Shown here one piece after another: positions 1-9,128 of a stretch of DNA of 64,000 nt. Source of the DNA: a virus; the IMG/VR virus record IMGVR_UViG_3300020450_000010, positions 32,001 to 96,000 of that record, one strand, 5' to 3'. Made by a program: the position numbers and the translations under genes. Numbering within the stretch: position 1 is the stretch's first letter; each line of letters begins with the position of its first letter. The notes under the pieces were generated by a model that saw only the letters and a program-made list of their open reading frames with translations, ran no database searches and was not told the origin of the DNA.

Positions 1-220
1 TACGTGTTGCCCAATTTACCGGATGACATGCACTTACAAGTCTATCACGTTCCTCTTTCCAATCGCCTTCGAATCTGCCTATTACATCAAACCAATCACC
101 AGGTTGGTCTTGTATTGTATCGTCAAAATGATATTCACTGTGTGCTACAGTCCAGTCCCAACTACTAGGATAATCATTGGGATCAGCTAGTGTTTTATTC
201 CAATTAGTTTGATGTTTCAT
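1..220 (-). CDS. N-terminal part of a protein truncated by the window edge (MKHQTNWNKTLADPNDYPSSWDWTVAHSEYHFDD...); possibly a 2OG-Fe(II) oxygenase-like protein
   Basis: Manually translated open frame from ATG at 220, abutting the stop of the 221..892 gene. Catalytic motifs would lie outside the window, so the function is a guess. Confidence 0.6.
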   Translation of the reverse strand, partial: MKHQTNWNKTLADPNDYPSSWDWTVAHSEYHFDDTIQDQPGDWFDVIGRFEGDWKEERDRLVSACHPVNWATR

Positions 221-892
221 TTATATAGTATCCTTTTCTATATGAGGTACACTACCATCTATCATATGCCCTACATTATTTCTTCGTCTGTCTAACCAAC
301 TATGCTCTACGTAGTGTACATACTTTGCATTTGGATCTTTGTTAAGTATATAGTGCAAACGTTCATTAGTATAATCTACAGGAATATCTAGTACGCTGTC
401 AAGACTTTTAACATACTGATGTCTAAACATGTAAAGCAATTCAACACTTAAAAACGTATGTCGATACTCAATAATATCTTCAATCTTATTTAAGTAGTTA
501 TGCAAACTCTCAACACCACGTTTACGTAATTGGTTTTGTGCAGTAATGTTTTGGTCTCTACCTATAATACCAACTTGCAAATTACCTTTTTCATTAAGCC
601 TACGCAATACTTCTTTATAGTTAGGATATTTTGTGTGTCTTACACCGTCTTTGTCTTTATCAACATAAGGACCACTAACACTTAGAACATAGTTTTCATG
701 TTCTGTCCAGTCATAGTTGTCAATGTTTTCAGGTGTATTCCAAATATCTTTGAACGGAGCATTGTCGTGGTTAATCCAATACTCACGCAGTAGTTGGTCC
801 CAGCCATGCACATTGCTGTGCATAGATAAGACCTTACTAAACACATGATTGCCAGTACCTTGCGGACCACTGATTACTAAAATGTTTGCCAT
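221..892 (-). CDS. P-loop/sulfotransferase-like protein
   Basis: 223-aa ORF with N-terminal beta-strand plus Gly-rich loop (ILVISGPQGTGNHVFSK) resembling the sulfotransferase 5'-PSB loop; coupled to neighbouring genes. Confidence 0.5.
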   Translation of the reverse strand: MANILVISGPQGTGNHVFSKVLSMHSNVHGWDQLLREYWINHDNAPFKDIWNTPENIDNYDWTEHENYVLSVSGPYVDKDKDGVRHTKYPNYKEVLRRLNEKGNLQVGIIGRDQNITAQNQLRKRGVESLHNYLNKIEDIIEYRHTFLSVELLYMFRHQYVKSLDSVLDIPVDYTNERLHYILNKDPNAKYVHYVEHSWLDRRRNNVGHMIDGSVPHIEKDTI

Positions 893-1956
893 TATTTTAC
901 TAACTCTGATTTGTATACTGCTTTGATACCAAATGCTTCAGTGTTAAATTGTACCAGTGTTTTTAGTGCATCAGATGTAACAAACGTCATCAATGTATCA
1001 ACTTGTGCATTGCCGGCATCACCAAGCATCCATTCGTACTTGCCGACTTTCTTTTGAATCTTTTTGATTGACTCAGGATTATTTGCTACTTTTTCTAAAA
1101 CCGCAATTAGTTTTGCTTTGTTTGGATTGTCTTTGTTTACCCAAATTGCTTTTTGTAAACCATCACGAAATGATTTTGCAAGTTTATATGCATCATATAA
1201 AACGCTGTCTGGTTGTTCACCGTGAAGTTCGACAAATAATTCTTCCATTTGAATTCCTGGATAATTTGGATCATCTGCATGTGAACCGTCTGGTTGTAAG
1301 ATACCATGATGGAACCATAAACGTGCTTCGCCTTTATCAATAACTGGCTGTACATGTTTTTTGAAACTTGCAGGATTTTCTCTAGTACCATGTAATTCGC
1401 CACGCTTAAATGCTAAACGTCTTTCATTACCTTTCATACCTTTAATCCAATTTACTTTTTCTTTGAAGCAAGAAACGTATGCTTCAATAGTTGGCAAGTT
1501 ACCACACTTTAGTAGTGTCATAGCAATTCCCTCAGGAATCTTACCGCCGCCTCCGCTAAATGAAGTAGGTGTTTTGCCGTATGGGTCGTGGTCGCCAAAT
1601 ACTGCGGTAATAATATTTAGATTCATAAGACCAATACTATCATAATCTTTATAGTTGTAGTCAACTTTTTCGTTAAGAAAACTAATTCCGTTTCCTCCAT
1701 TACTGACCATAAGTGTTTTATCATCGAATCTAAATTCATTATGAAATTTGTTGAAGCCTGGAATATCTCTTGCACCTTTGATATGCTTGAGGATAATCTT
1801 CTCTCCATCTAAATATTTTTCCATCTCTGTGGCAACAATTTGTGCCCATTGGCTTGTTCCGCCTCCCGGCTTTTGTGGGACAACCATTGTATAATCAGCC
1901 AATGCTGATGTTGTAAATCCTAGTAATGCTACTAGTGTTAGTAAACTTTTATGCAT
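892..1956 (-). CDS. tctC: Tripartite tricarboxylate transporter substrate-binding protein (TctC/Bug-like)
   Basis: Signal peptide (MHKSLLTLVALLGFTTSALA) followed by 'MVVPQKPGGGTSQWAQ', matching the TctC VP.xxGGxxD motif; adjacent to tctA. Confidence 0.8.
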   Translation of the reverse strand: MHKSLLTLVALLGFTTSALADYTMVVPQKPGGGTSQWAQIVATEMEKYLDGEKIILKHIKGARDIPGFNKFHNEFRFDDKTLMVSNGGNGISFLNEKVDYNYKDYDSIGLMNLNIITAVFGDHDPYGKTPTSFSGGGGKIPEGIAMTLLKCGNLPTIEAYVSCFKEKVNWIKGMKGNERRLAFKRGELHGTRENPASFKKHVQPVIDKGEARLWFHHGILQPDGSHADDPNYPGIQMEELFVELHGEQPDSVLYDAYKLAKSFRDGLQKAIWVNKDNPNKAKLIAVLEKVANNPESIKKIQKKVGKYEWMLGDAGNAQVDTLMTFVTSDALKTLVQFNTEAFGIKAVYKSELVK

Positions 1957-3385
1957 AGTCTATCCTTCCTTTTCTTAATATGCTGTATAAAAACACACCA
2001 ATAGTAATTACTATTAGTGTCATGAATATTGGTCTCGTAACCAATGTGTCTACAGTGTAAAGCCCTGTAATCTGAAGTGTAAGTCCTTCAACTTTTTCTG
2101 CTAGGATGTATCCTATTAAACATGCAGGTCGACTAAATTTAAAATGTCGCATAGTAAATCCTATACAAGAAAATATTGCTAACATTGCTAAGTCTTCCCA
2201 GCCACCTGTGTATTGCATTGATGTAAAAATTATTAATGCAAGTAATACAGGAAAGTAATACTTGTATGGCACTGCGGCTAGTCTACTAATCGGTTTAATT
2301 AGTAACATACAAATTAGTGCAACAATTACAGTTGCTCCTAAAAAGCCAAATGTCATAGCTGTGAACAATTGAGTATCATCTGCTATATCGGGTGTGCCTA
2401 GTTCAATATTTAGATACATAAACAAACTCATAAGTATGGCGGCAAATTTTGCTCCGGGTATTCCAAATATAACAGTAGTAATCATGCTTGTTGCTTTTTG
2501 TGCATTGTTTGCGCCTTCTGGTCCTATAACACCTTTGATGTTACCGTTACCAAACTTTTCTTTTGGATTGGCGGCTACTGCTTGACCATATGCCATCCAG
2601 TCTGCCATTTGTCCTCCAAGTCCTGGAAGTAACCCAATGAATGCACCAATAAATCCTCCACGCAATGCAAGCCATCTATTATCCCAACTTGCTTTTATTC
2701 CTGCCCATAGTTCTCCTTTACGGATTTGACTATCAGCAGTACTATGTTTTAAAAACAAACCTCTTGTAAGTTCTGGTATAGCAAACAAACCTGCGGCGAC
2801 TGCCATAATCTGTATGCCATCTTCTAGATAAAACCATCCCATTGTCATTCTTGGTTCATTGTTATCTGGATTAACACCCACCATTCCTATTAGTATTCCG
2901 AATGCAATAGCCAATATACTACGTAGCCAATATTGATTACTTAAAAATCCTACAGTTGCTAGTGCAAGTAATGTAAAAGCCCAGAGCTCTGGAATACCAA
3001 ATATGTATATTAGGTTAGTATACCACGGAAGTAATAAAAATACTAAACAACCCCATAGCAATCCATTTACAGTACTAGTTGTAACTGCGGCACTAATAGC
3101 ATATCCTGCTCTGCCACGTTGTGCTAGGGGAAATCCATCTACCATAGTAGCCGCGGCACTATTTGCACCAGGAATACCCAATAGGATTGCAGTAAAACTA
3201 TCTCCAGTTGTACTTGCGGCTACAACAGCCATTATAAAAATAACACCCAAATAAGGGTCATATGCAAAGTAACTAATAAATCCAAATAGTGCAATTAGTC
3301 CTGTGCTTGCTCCTGCACTAGGAATAATTCCTATTATTAATCCATATAGTATACCTGCAAATAATATTGCAATTGATTCTAGCAT
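1949..3385 (-). CDS. tctA: Tripartite tricarboxylate transporter large permease TctA
   Basis: Highly hydrophobic 478-aa protein with TctA motifs GLIIGIIP, AILLGIPG..AAAT.VDGFPLAQRG, GLLPGLGG, GVIGPEGANNA and GIPG. Confidence 0.92.
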   Translation of the reverse strand: MLESIAILFAGILYGLIIGIIPSAGASTGLIALFGFISYFAYDPYLGVIFIMAVVAASTTGDSFTAILLGIPGANSAAATMVDGFPLAQRGRAGYAISAAVTTSTVNGLLWGCLVFLLLPWYTNLIYIFGIPELWAFTLLALATVGFLSNQYWLRSILAIAFGILIGMVGVNPDNNEPRMTMGWFYLEDGIQIMAVAAGLFAIPELTRGLFLKHSTADSQIRKGELWAGIKASWDNRWLALRGGFIGAFIGLLPGLGGQMADWMAYGQAVAANPKEKFGNGNIKGVIGPEGANNAQKATSMITTVIFGIPGAKFAAILMSLFMYLNIELGTPDIADDTQLFTAMTFGFLGATVIVALICMLLIKPISRLAAVPYKYYFPVLLALIIFTSMQYTGGWEDLAMLAIFSCIGFTMRHFKFSRPACLIGYILAEKVEGLTLQITGLYTVDTLVTRPIFMTLIVITIGVFLYSILRKGRIDYA

Positions 3386-3494
3386 TATAATTTCCCCATA
3401 GCGAAGCCACAGCCGAGTAGACTGCGGAATAAAAAATTTAATGAAAATTTATTACTGAACTTCTGCTATAGAGCGTTAGTAATAATGTACATGC
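3386..3494 (-). promoter_or_regulatory. Structured leader upstream of tctA; candidate cis-regulatory RNA switch
   Basis: Hairpin at 3407-3427 and long stem 3458-3471/3396-3408, both with G-U pairs that form only on the minus strand; competing stem 3478-3485/3449-3456; GGGGA putative RBS at 3393-3397. Confidence 0.5.
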
Positions 3495-4175
3495 TTATTT
3501 AGTACGCCAAACAAAGTACAATCTATTTTTGTGCGTGTCTGTCCTAATATCTAGAATGTCAACATTAAGTTGTTCAGCACAATTTACAATAAAATTGCTA
3601 TCCCAAGGGTAAAAATAAATCCAATTACTTTCATCTGGTTCGTGTGGTAGTCCAGGGTTTGCTCTAAAGAACATTACTGCACCCGGATTACACAAACTAA
3701 CTGCATGTTCTAATTCTGCAAATATTTTATCAGTACTACCAAAGTTAATTGAACCTAGTGCTAGTGTGACGTCAAACTTTTCTTCAGGATGATAGTCCAA
3801 TAGTTTAACTTGATAGTCAGCTTTTTTGTTGTAAGGATCTATTCCAACAATATTATGTATTTTATTTTTAAATTCATGATATCCGCAACCAATGTCAAGC
3901 ACACGTCTTGGCTTGAGATTGTTTACTTCATCTATTAGTGTAAGTCCACTATACTTGAACTTTTTCATATGACCTTGCCATACTTCGCCAAAATAACGAG
4001 CAAGTACTTTATCGTCTATTCTATCTACCAGTTCACCTATGTTATGATAATCAACATCTTGTAGCTCAACATCAAATGTACCTTGTATTGCTTGTCTAAG
4101 AGTTTCAGGGTTGCGTAACAATTGAGGGCTAGTGTGTATAACTTGTTCAAGTTTGTGTAAAATTTTATGATTCAT
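3495..4175 (-). CDS. Class I SAM-dependent methyltransferase
   Basis: Motif I 'VLDIGCG', followed by 'GIDPY', 'FDVTLALGSINF' and 'NPGA'. Confidence 0.85.
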   Translation of the reverse strand: MNHKILHKLEQVIHTSPQLLRNPETLRQAIQGTFDVELQDVDYHNIGELVDRIDDKVLARYFGEVWQGHMKKFKYSGLTLIDEVNNLKPRRVLDIGCGYHEFKNKIHNIVGIDPYNKKADYQVKLLDYHPEEKFDVTLALGSINFGSTDKIFAELEHAVSLCNPGAVMFFRANPGLPHEPDESNWIYFYPWDSNFIVNCAEQLNVDILDIRTDTHKNRLYFVWRTK

Positions 4176-4696
4176 ATATTATACTCAGCTAAAAATACAT
4201 CATTATGATTATGATGTTGTACCCATTGTAACATATTTTTCTGGGCAAAGTCAAGTATTAATTTATTTTGTTGTGCAATTTGTTTTCGCATGCCATCTTC
4301 ATCAACATACCAATCATAGTTGGGATATGTAATACCGAACCCACCAGCTCTTAACCACCAATCTAAGCTCGCATCATTTGGTCTGTACACCAGTTTAATA
4401 GTTGCGTTAGGATATTGATCAATGATCTGATCAAAGTAGTAGGGCCATTCGTGGCTCATTAGTAATTTAATACCTGTGCCATTAAATGGTGCTAGTAAGT
4501 TTTCTATATTGAGATCAACAGGAAACTCCATTCCTGTACCAAAGTAACTCTCTTTGTGTCCACTAAATTCGTTATGCTCATAAACTCTGTGTGGTGCTCT
4601 GTCACTAATATCATATTCAGGATCTTGTTTTATTTCTCTGGCAATACCACTCCATTTACTGCCAGGAACACCAGTAAAAAATATTAGATTATTCAA
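4172..4696 (-). CDS. P-loop/sulfotransferase-like protein
   Basis: N-terminal 'IFFTGVPGSKWSGI' and later 'IKLVYRP', resembling the 3'-PB strand-Arg motif; ATGA overlap with the next gene. Confidence 0.5.
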   Translation of the reverse strand: MNNLIFFTGVPGSKWSGIAREIKQDPEYDISDRAPHRVYEHNEFSGHKESYFGTGMEFPVDLNIENLLAPFNGTGIKLLMSHEWPYYFDQIIDQYPNATIKLVYRPNDASLDWWLRAGGFGITYPNYDWYVDEDGMRKQIAQQNKLILDFAQKNMLQWVQHHNHNDVFLAEYNI

Positions 4697-5819
4697 TTAA
4701 ATCAGCTTTCTTAATGCTGTTTTTTTCCATACTATGAAATTCTTCATAATCAACATCTTTAAAAAAACAATGTTCGTGTAACCATGAATCACTTACAGTA
4801 CCGATAGCAATTGGAGCTATCCATCTATCATCATATCCTATGCCATATGATTCTATCCAAGGTTTAATAAAATTATTAGTTAAATGACTTTGATATGGTT
4901 TGATTTCAAATCCACCTTTAGTAGTATTGTAGGTATTGCATATGTCCCATTCTATAGGATTATCATTGTCGTACCATGCTTTTGTATAATCCTTGCCTAA
5001 TATATTTTTTAAATCATACACATTAAATTCAGGACTACTACTATACATCGTAGGATCGTCATGTCTTATTCTTTCAAAATTAAAATCACAACGTTCAACG
5101 TCTGTACAACCATCTGCCATCTTAGAATTCCAATCTAAATTAGGAGTAGTTAAAAATTTATATTGTGGGTGGTGTGTTTGTATGTAAGAATTAAAATGCT
5201 TAAAGGAATTTGTTGGGCTAATACAATCATCTTCAATTTTATGTACATATGAGTTAATTAACGCTAAATGAGGAATAGCATGTTGCTCCCAATGATGGAT
5301 ACTTCCTATCTCCTCTTGCGGTATACTATATGCATCTAGTAAACTTGGATCTAAGTAACGTACTAGATAATATTTCAAGCCTGTATTTAAATTATCCATA
5401 GCGTATTTTAAATTTATTTTTTGATCGTTATCTAAGTTAAAAGTATCACTACAACTGGTTAGCATATGTGTTGTAAAGCCTCTGTGTATTCGATTGCAGT
5501 CTTCATTTGTGGGTTCATCGGGCATGTAGCCTCTGCTCCAACTGTATCCAGCTTTTTTCAAATTATCAATAGATTCGTTGACTACTTTGACATAGTCCAA
5601 TCTGATTTGTGTTGAGGTATCATAACGATTTGTTTGGATAAAATTCCAATGTTCTTCGGGCACAACTGCATATCCTTGTCGAACGATTTTGTCTTGACGT
5701 ACGCCTAATAATTTATTATTACGTGTAAATGCAAACTTCCAAAAGTCCATAAACAAACCATCTCTTAGTTGTACTTCTCCATCAATACCAGATTGTAATT
5801 CAAAAACTATTTTACTCAT
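4689..5819 (-). CDS. Hypothetical protein (376 aa)
   Basis: Long ORF with GGAGG RBS, overlapping both neighbours; no recognised domain. Confidence 0.75.
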   Translation of the reverse strand: MSKIVFELQSGIDGEVQLRDGLFMDFWKFAFTRNNKLLGVRQDKIVRQGYAVVPEEHWNFIQTNRYDTSTQIRLDYVKVVNESIDNLKKAGYSWSRGYMPDEPTNEDCNRIHRGFTTHMLTSCSDTFNLDNDQKINLKYAMDNLNTGLKYYLVRYLDPSLLDAYSIPQEEIGSIHHWEQHAIPHLALINSYVHKIEDDCISPTNSFKHFNSYIQTHHPQYKFLTTPNLDWNSKMADGCTDVERCDFNFERIRHDDPTMYSSSPEFNVYDLKNILGKDYTKAWYDNDNPIEWDICNTYNTTKGGFEIKPYQSHLTNNFIKPWIESYGIGYDDRWIAPIAIGTVSDSWLHEHCFFKDVDYEEFHSMEKNSIKKADLIE

Positions 5820-7860
5820 TGGCTACCTCCTCTATATTCTTATTATTCAAACCTATTGCATTATTTTTAAAACTCATATCACCACCTGTGCCAAACGGTA
5901 TTTCATATTTTTCAACTGCTGTATCATCTTTTAAACTTTTATGTTCAAACCTATGAGTTAGGCTACTATTAATTATGCCAGTTTTATCTACTGTCCACTT
6001 AACACTACTCCAATAATTATTTGTTACAAAAGTTCCAAACTCAGGAAGATCTATTTCAGGACTACACTTCATTTCAAAACTGTGTGCACCAAATGCTTTG
6101 TACAGTAACCAAGCAAATACAGTATATTCATTTGCGAGTGTACAACTTAAATTTTTACTCAGTGAAGTTTTATCTATAAAATAATTAAATGTTTCTTGTG
6201 TCTGTTCAATTCGTTCATTATATTCATTTGTAAGTGGAGTAAATTTGTATGAATCTTGCAAAGAAGGTCTTCTCTGTGTGTTAATTACAGTTCCGTCAGC
6301 ATTATCCTTCATTAAGTTTAACCATATGTTTGTAAACTTTAATCTAATAAATCTATGCAAAATTGTATTCGCATAGTCTTTAGTAAACCAATTACTCAAA
6401 AATCTATTGTCTCCGATCTTTTCTTTCCAAGCAATATCAAACGATTGCCAATTCAATTGCATCTCACTAAAAGGAGCGTCACCACAAGTATACCCAGGGC
6501 TTATAGCAAACATATCTTTTCTTGTATTCCACAACAAAGCCATACTGTGCATAAATTCTTGCCTACCTTCTGTGGGGAATCCAACGATCCAATTACAGTG
6601 ATTTTGCATACCAGCTTGTTTTCCATCTTTAAGATTTGCTTCTATTTCCCATACTTCCACTTTCTTTTTCATTGCATCCAAGACAACCTGACTTCCACTT
6701 TCAACACCAAAACTTAAAGTAGCACAGCCTGTTTCTCTGATATCTTTAAACATTTGTAAATCCATACGACCGTCATTACGTGCATAGCTGTTCCAACGTA
6801 TTTCTAATTTTTCATCTTTTAGTAGTTGTATAAGTTTTTTAAATTCTTTAAAGTTTCCATTTGCAAGGCTATCAACAAACCAAAATCTTCTCACACCATA
6901 CTTGTTAATCTGATGCTTCATTTCTTCAATTGTACGTTCTGCACTAGTGCTTCTAAATTTCCAAAAATGAGTTTCAGCACAAAAAGTACACTTTGCTACA
7001 CACCCTCTACTGGTTTCTATACTGGTTCCGTCTGGGTGTTCATACAAACTGAGATCATAATCAGTATAATCTGGAAAAGGTAATTCTTCGAGGCTAAGCC
7101 TAGATTTAAAGCCTCCCATAATTAACGGTTTAGTATTGTTAGAAGTTGGATAACTATTTAAATTTTCTAGTATTGTAAGTAATTCTTGTTCACCTTCTCC
7201 TGTAACTCTAAAGTCAATCATACACGGATCATATTGGAATAAATCTTCTACTGTATCTTCAAACCAATCATTGAAAGCTTCAGGGCCACCTACTGCAATT
7301 TTTTTATGAGGTGCTTTTTCTTTTATTTCTTTTATCATATACAAAGTAGCAAGAATACTTGTTTGATAAACACTAAATCCTATTAGTTCAGTATCATCAT
7401 TTAAAATATTTTTTACTGCTTTATCCAATACAGGTTTAATCTTTGGATGAACGTCAGTATAATATGTGGGTAACTCCCAACTGTAATAGTAGATACTATT
7501 CCACCAATTTGTATAATTGTTTTTGAGTACATGATGGTAAGCAGAAATATTTACATCATGTACAACCACTCTATGTCCATAGTGTCGTAATAGTCCTGTC
7601 AGTCTTGCTGTACCATAGGGAGGAAAAATTATTCCCCAACTTGGTGCAACTACCATACTGATTCCAACTCCTGTAGGCGGATTTGGTGTAATTTCTGACC
7701 AATAATTATAACCTCTAGGATGTAGAACTTCTACTGTAGAAGTTGGTTGTTGTCGATCTACAAGACTAGGACCCAAATGACTATTATCGTGTTTAATGAG
7801 TTCACGTAGAACACTGTCTCTGTCTCCGTCACCAAAGTCGTATTTGTCATCTGCTACCAT
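5812..7860 (-). CDS. Cobalamin-binding radical SAM enzyme (class B methyltransferase-like)
   Basis: B12-domain-like motifs (PPYGTARL, LIGFSVY, IAVGGP), then ETSRGCVAKCTFC (CxxxCxxC), FWFVD, FGVESGS and WIVGFPTE. Confidence 0.9.
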   Translation of the reverse strand: MVADDKYDFGDGDRDSVLRELIKHDNSHLGPSLVDRQQPTSTVEVLHPRGYNYWSEITPNPPTGVGISMVVAPSWGIIFPPYGTARLTGLLRHYGHRVVVHDVNISAYHHVLKNNYTNWWNSIYYYSWELPTYYTDVHPKIKPVLDKAVKNILNDDTELIGFSVYQTSILATLYMIKEIKEKAPHKKIAVGGPEAFNDWFEDTVEDLFQYDPCMIDFRVTGEGEQELLTILENLNSYPTSNNTKPLIMGGFKSRLSLEELPFPDYTDYDLSLYEHPDGTSIETSRGCVAKCTFCAETHFWKFRSTSAERTIEEMKHQINKYGVRRFWFVDSLANGNFKEFKKLIQLLKDEKLEIRWNSYARNDGRMDLQMFKDIRETGCATLSFGVESGSQVVLDAMKKKVEVWEIEANLKDGKQAGMQNHCNWIVGFPTEGRQEFMHSMALLWNTRKDMFAISPGYTCGDAPFSEMQLNWQSFDIAWKEKIGDNRFLSNWFTKDYANTILHRFIRLKFTNIWLNLMKDNADGTVINTQRRPSLQDSYKFTPLTNEYNERIEQTQETFNYFIDKTSLSKNLSCTLANEYTVFAWLLYKAFGAHSFEMKCSPEIDLPEFGTFVTNNYWSSVKWTVDKTGIINSSLTHRFEHKSLKDDTAVEKYEIPFGTGGDMSFKNNAIGLNNKNIEEVANE

Positions 7861-9128
7861 TTTGAATAGTATTCTCCTAGCTTTGGATGAACATTTAAGA
7901 TGCTTTGATGTCTGACATTGTCTAGAGCTTCAGTTCGTTGTACCCATCGTTTTCTTAATATATCAGTATAATCACTATCATCAACTGTGATCAATCGTTC
8001 AATAATATGATCTATCCGAGATTCATTTCCTAACAAGTTATTATATTTAACAAGTATATCTGCACGTTCTTGTCTGTCAGATTTTTCTGCAAGATCAATA
8101 CTTAGGTCATCAGGATAATTTACTAAATTAAAAATAAGTTTTCCATTCTCACTTTTATTTTCTTGCCAAAATTCAATAATTTTTTCTATGTTCCATAAGT
8201 TATACAATTGAACAGTTGACATTATGTGTATTTCAGTGTTTGCCATATCTCTGTATTTTTTGTATGCTTCACTCAATGTATTCCAATCTGCTCCGCTTCT
8301 TATGTAATCATTTGTATAACCAACACCACACATACTAAACTGTATAACTTTTTTAAAGTGTTCTAATAGCTTGTATGTCTTTCCTTGTAATCTTGTTCCA
8401 TTTGTTGTAATATCTAAAAATACATTTGTGTTATTACTTTCTATCATCCAACGTAATAATTTTAATACACCTGGCATAAACAATGGTTCACCACCAGCTA
8501 GTTTTAGTGTATGCGTATGAGGTATAAGTTTTTTAACACTTTCAAATGATATTGGATCATTTAACCAATCTTTTATATCTCTAGGATTATCGCCTACTAG
8601 TTCAGCAAGTTCTGGATTATCTACAAGTTCTTCTGCAATAGCACTGCTGACATCACTGAAACACATTCTGCATTTTAAATTACACAATCTGCCTGGTCTT
8701 AAATCTAAGTACACTGGTACTTCTAAGTTATTACCATTTACAACATCAATTTCTATATCAGGAAAATTGTCTACCCATATTTTGTTGTGTACAACTCTAT
8801 CACTGCTATCACCTTGATTATAACAAAGCGTACAACGTGATTCTTTTTTGTTGTCTAACATTGTTTGCCTGATCTTTTGCATCTTCTCACTGGTCCAATG
8901 AACAGTCAGGTCAGAAACATGCTCACTAACTGGATTGTCCCAGTCGGCTACACAGCATAGATTTACTGCACCATTGGTAGCTACATACTGATGTACAAAA
9001 GGAAGTATGCAGAATTTATCTTTTTTTACCAACTGATGCAAGGGTAGCTGATTTTTTCCTTGATTCTTTTTCTTTAACATCTCTAAAAACCTGTAATAAT
9101 TCTGGACAAACGTCTGAGAATTTTTCAT
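7854..9128 (-). CDS. Radical SAM protein with N-terminal twitch/SPASM-like domain (true start probably downstream, near 9083 or 9032)
   Basis: CILPF..NGAVNLCC...CTLC auxiliary cluster motif, then LDLRPGRLCNLKCRMC, GGEP and TTNG. Confidence 0.9.
   Translation of the reverse strand: MKNSQTFVQNYYRFLEMLKKKNQGKNQLPLHQLVKKDKFCILPFVHQYVATNGAVNLCCVADWDNPVSEHVSDLTVHWTSEKMQKIRQTMLDNKKESRCTLCYNQGDSSDRVVHNKIWVDNFPDIEIDVVNGNNLEVPVYLDLRPGRLCNLKCRMCFSDVSSAIAEELVDNPELAELVGDNPRDIKDWLNDPISFESVKKLIPHTHTLKLAGGEPLFMPGVLKLLRWMIESNNTNVFLDITTNGTRLQGKTYKLLEHFKKVIQFSMCGVGYTNDYIRSGADWNTLSEAYKKYRDMANTEIHIMSTVQLYNLWNIEKIIEFWQENKSENGKLIFNLVNYPDDLSIDLAEKSDRQERADILVKYNNLLGNESRIDHIIERLITVDDSDYTDILRKRWVQRTEALDNVRHQSILNVHPKLGEYYSKW

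Noticed and set aside
9016-9128. 113-nt overlap between two radical SAM genes as a dual-coding feature
   Set aside because: Most simply explained by an over-extended start call; the conserved domain begins after about 9030.
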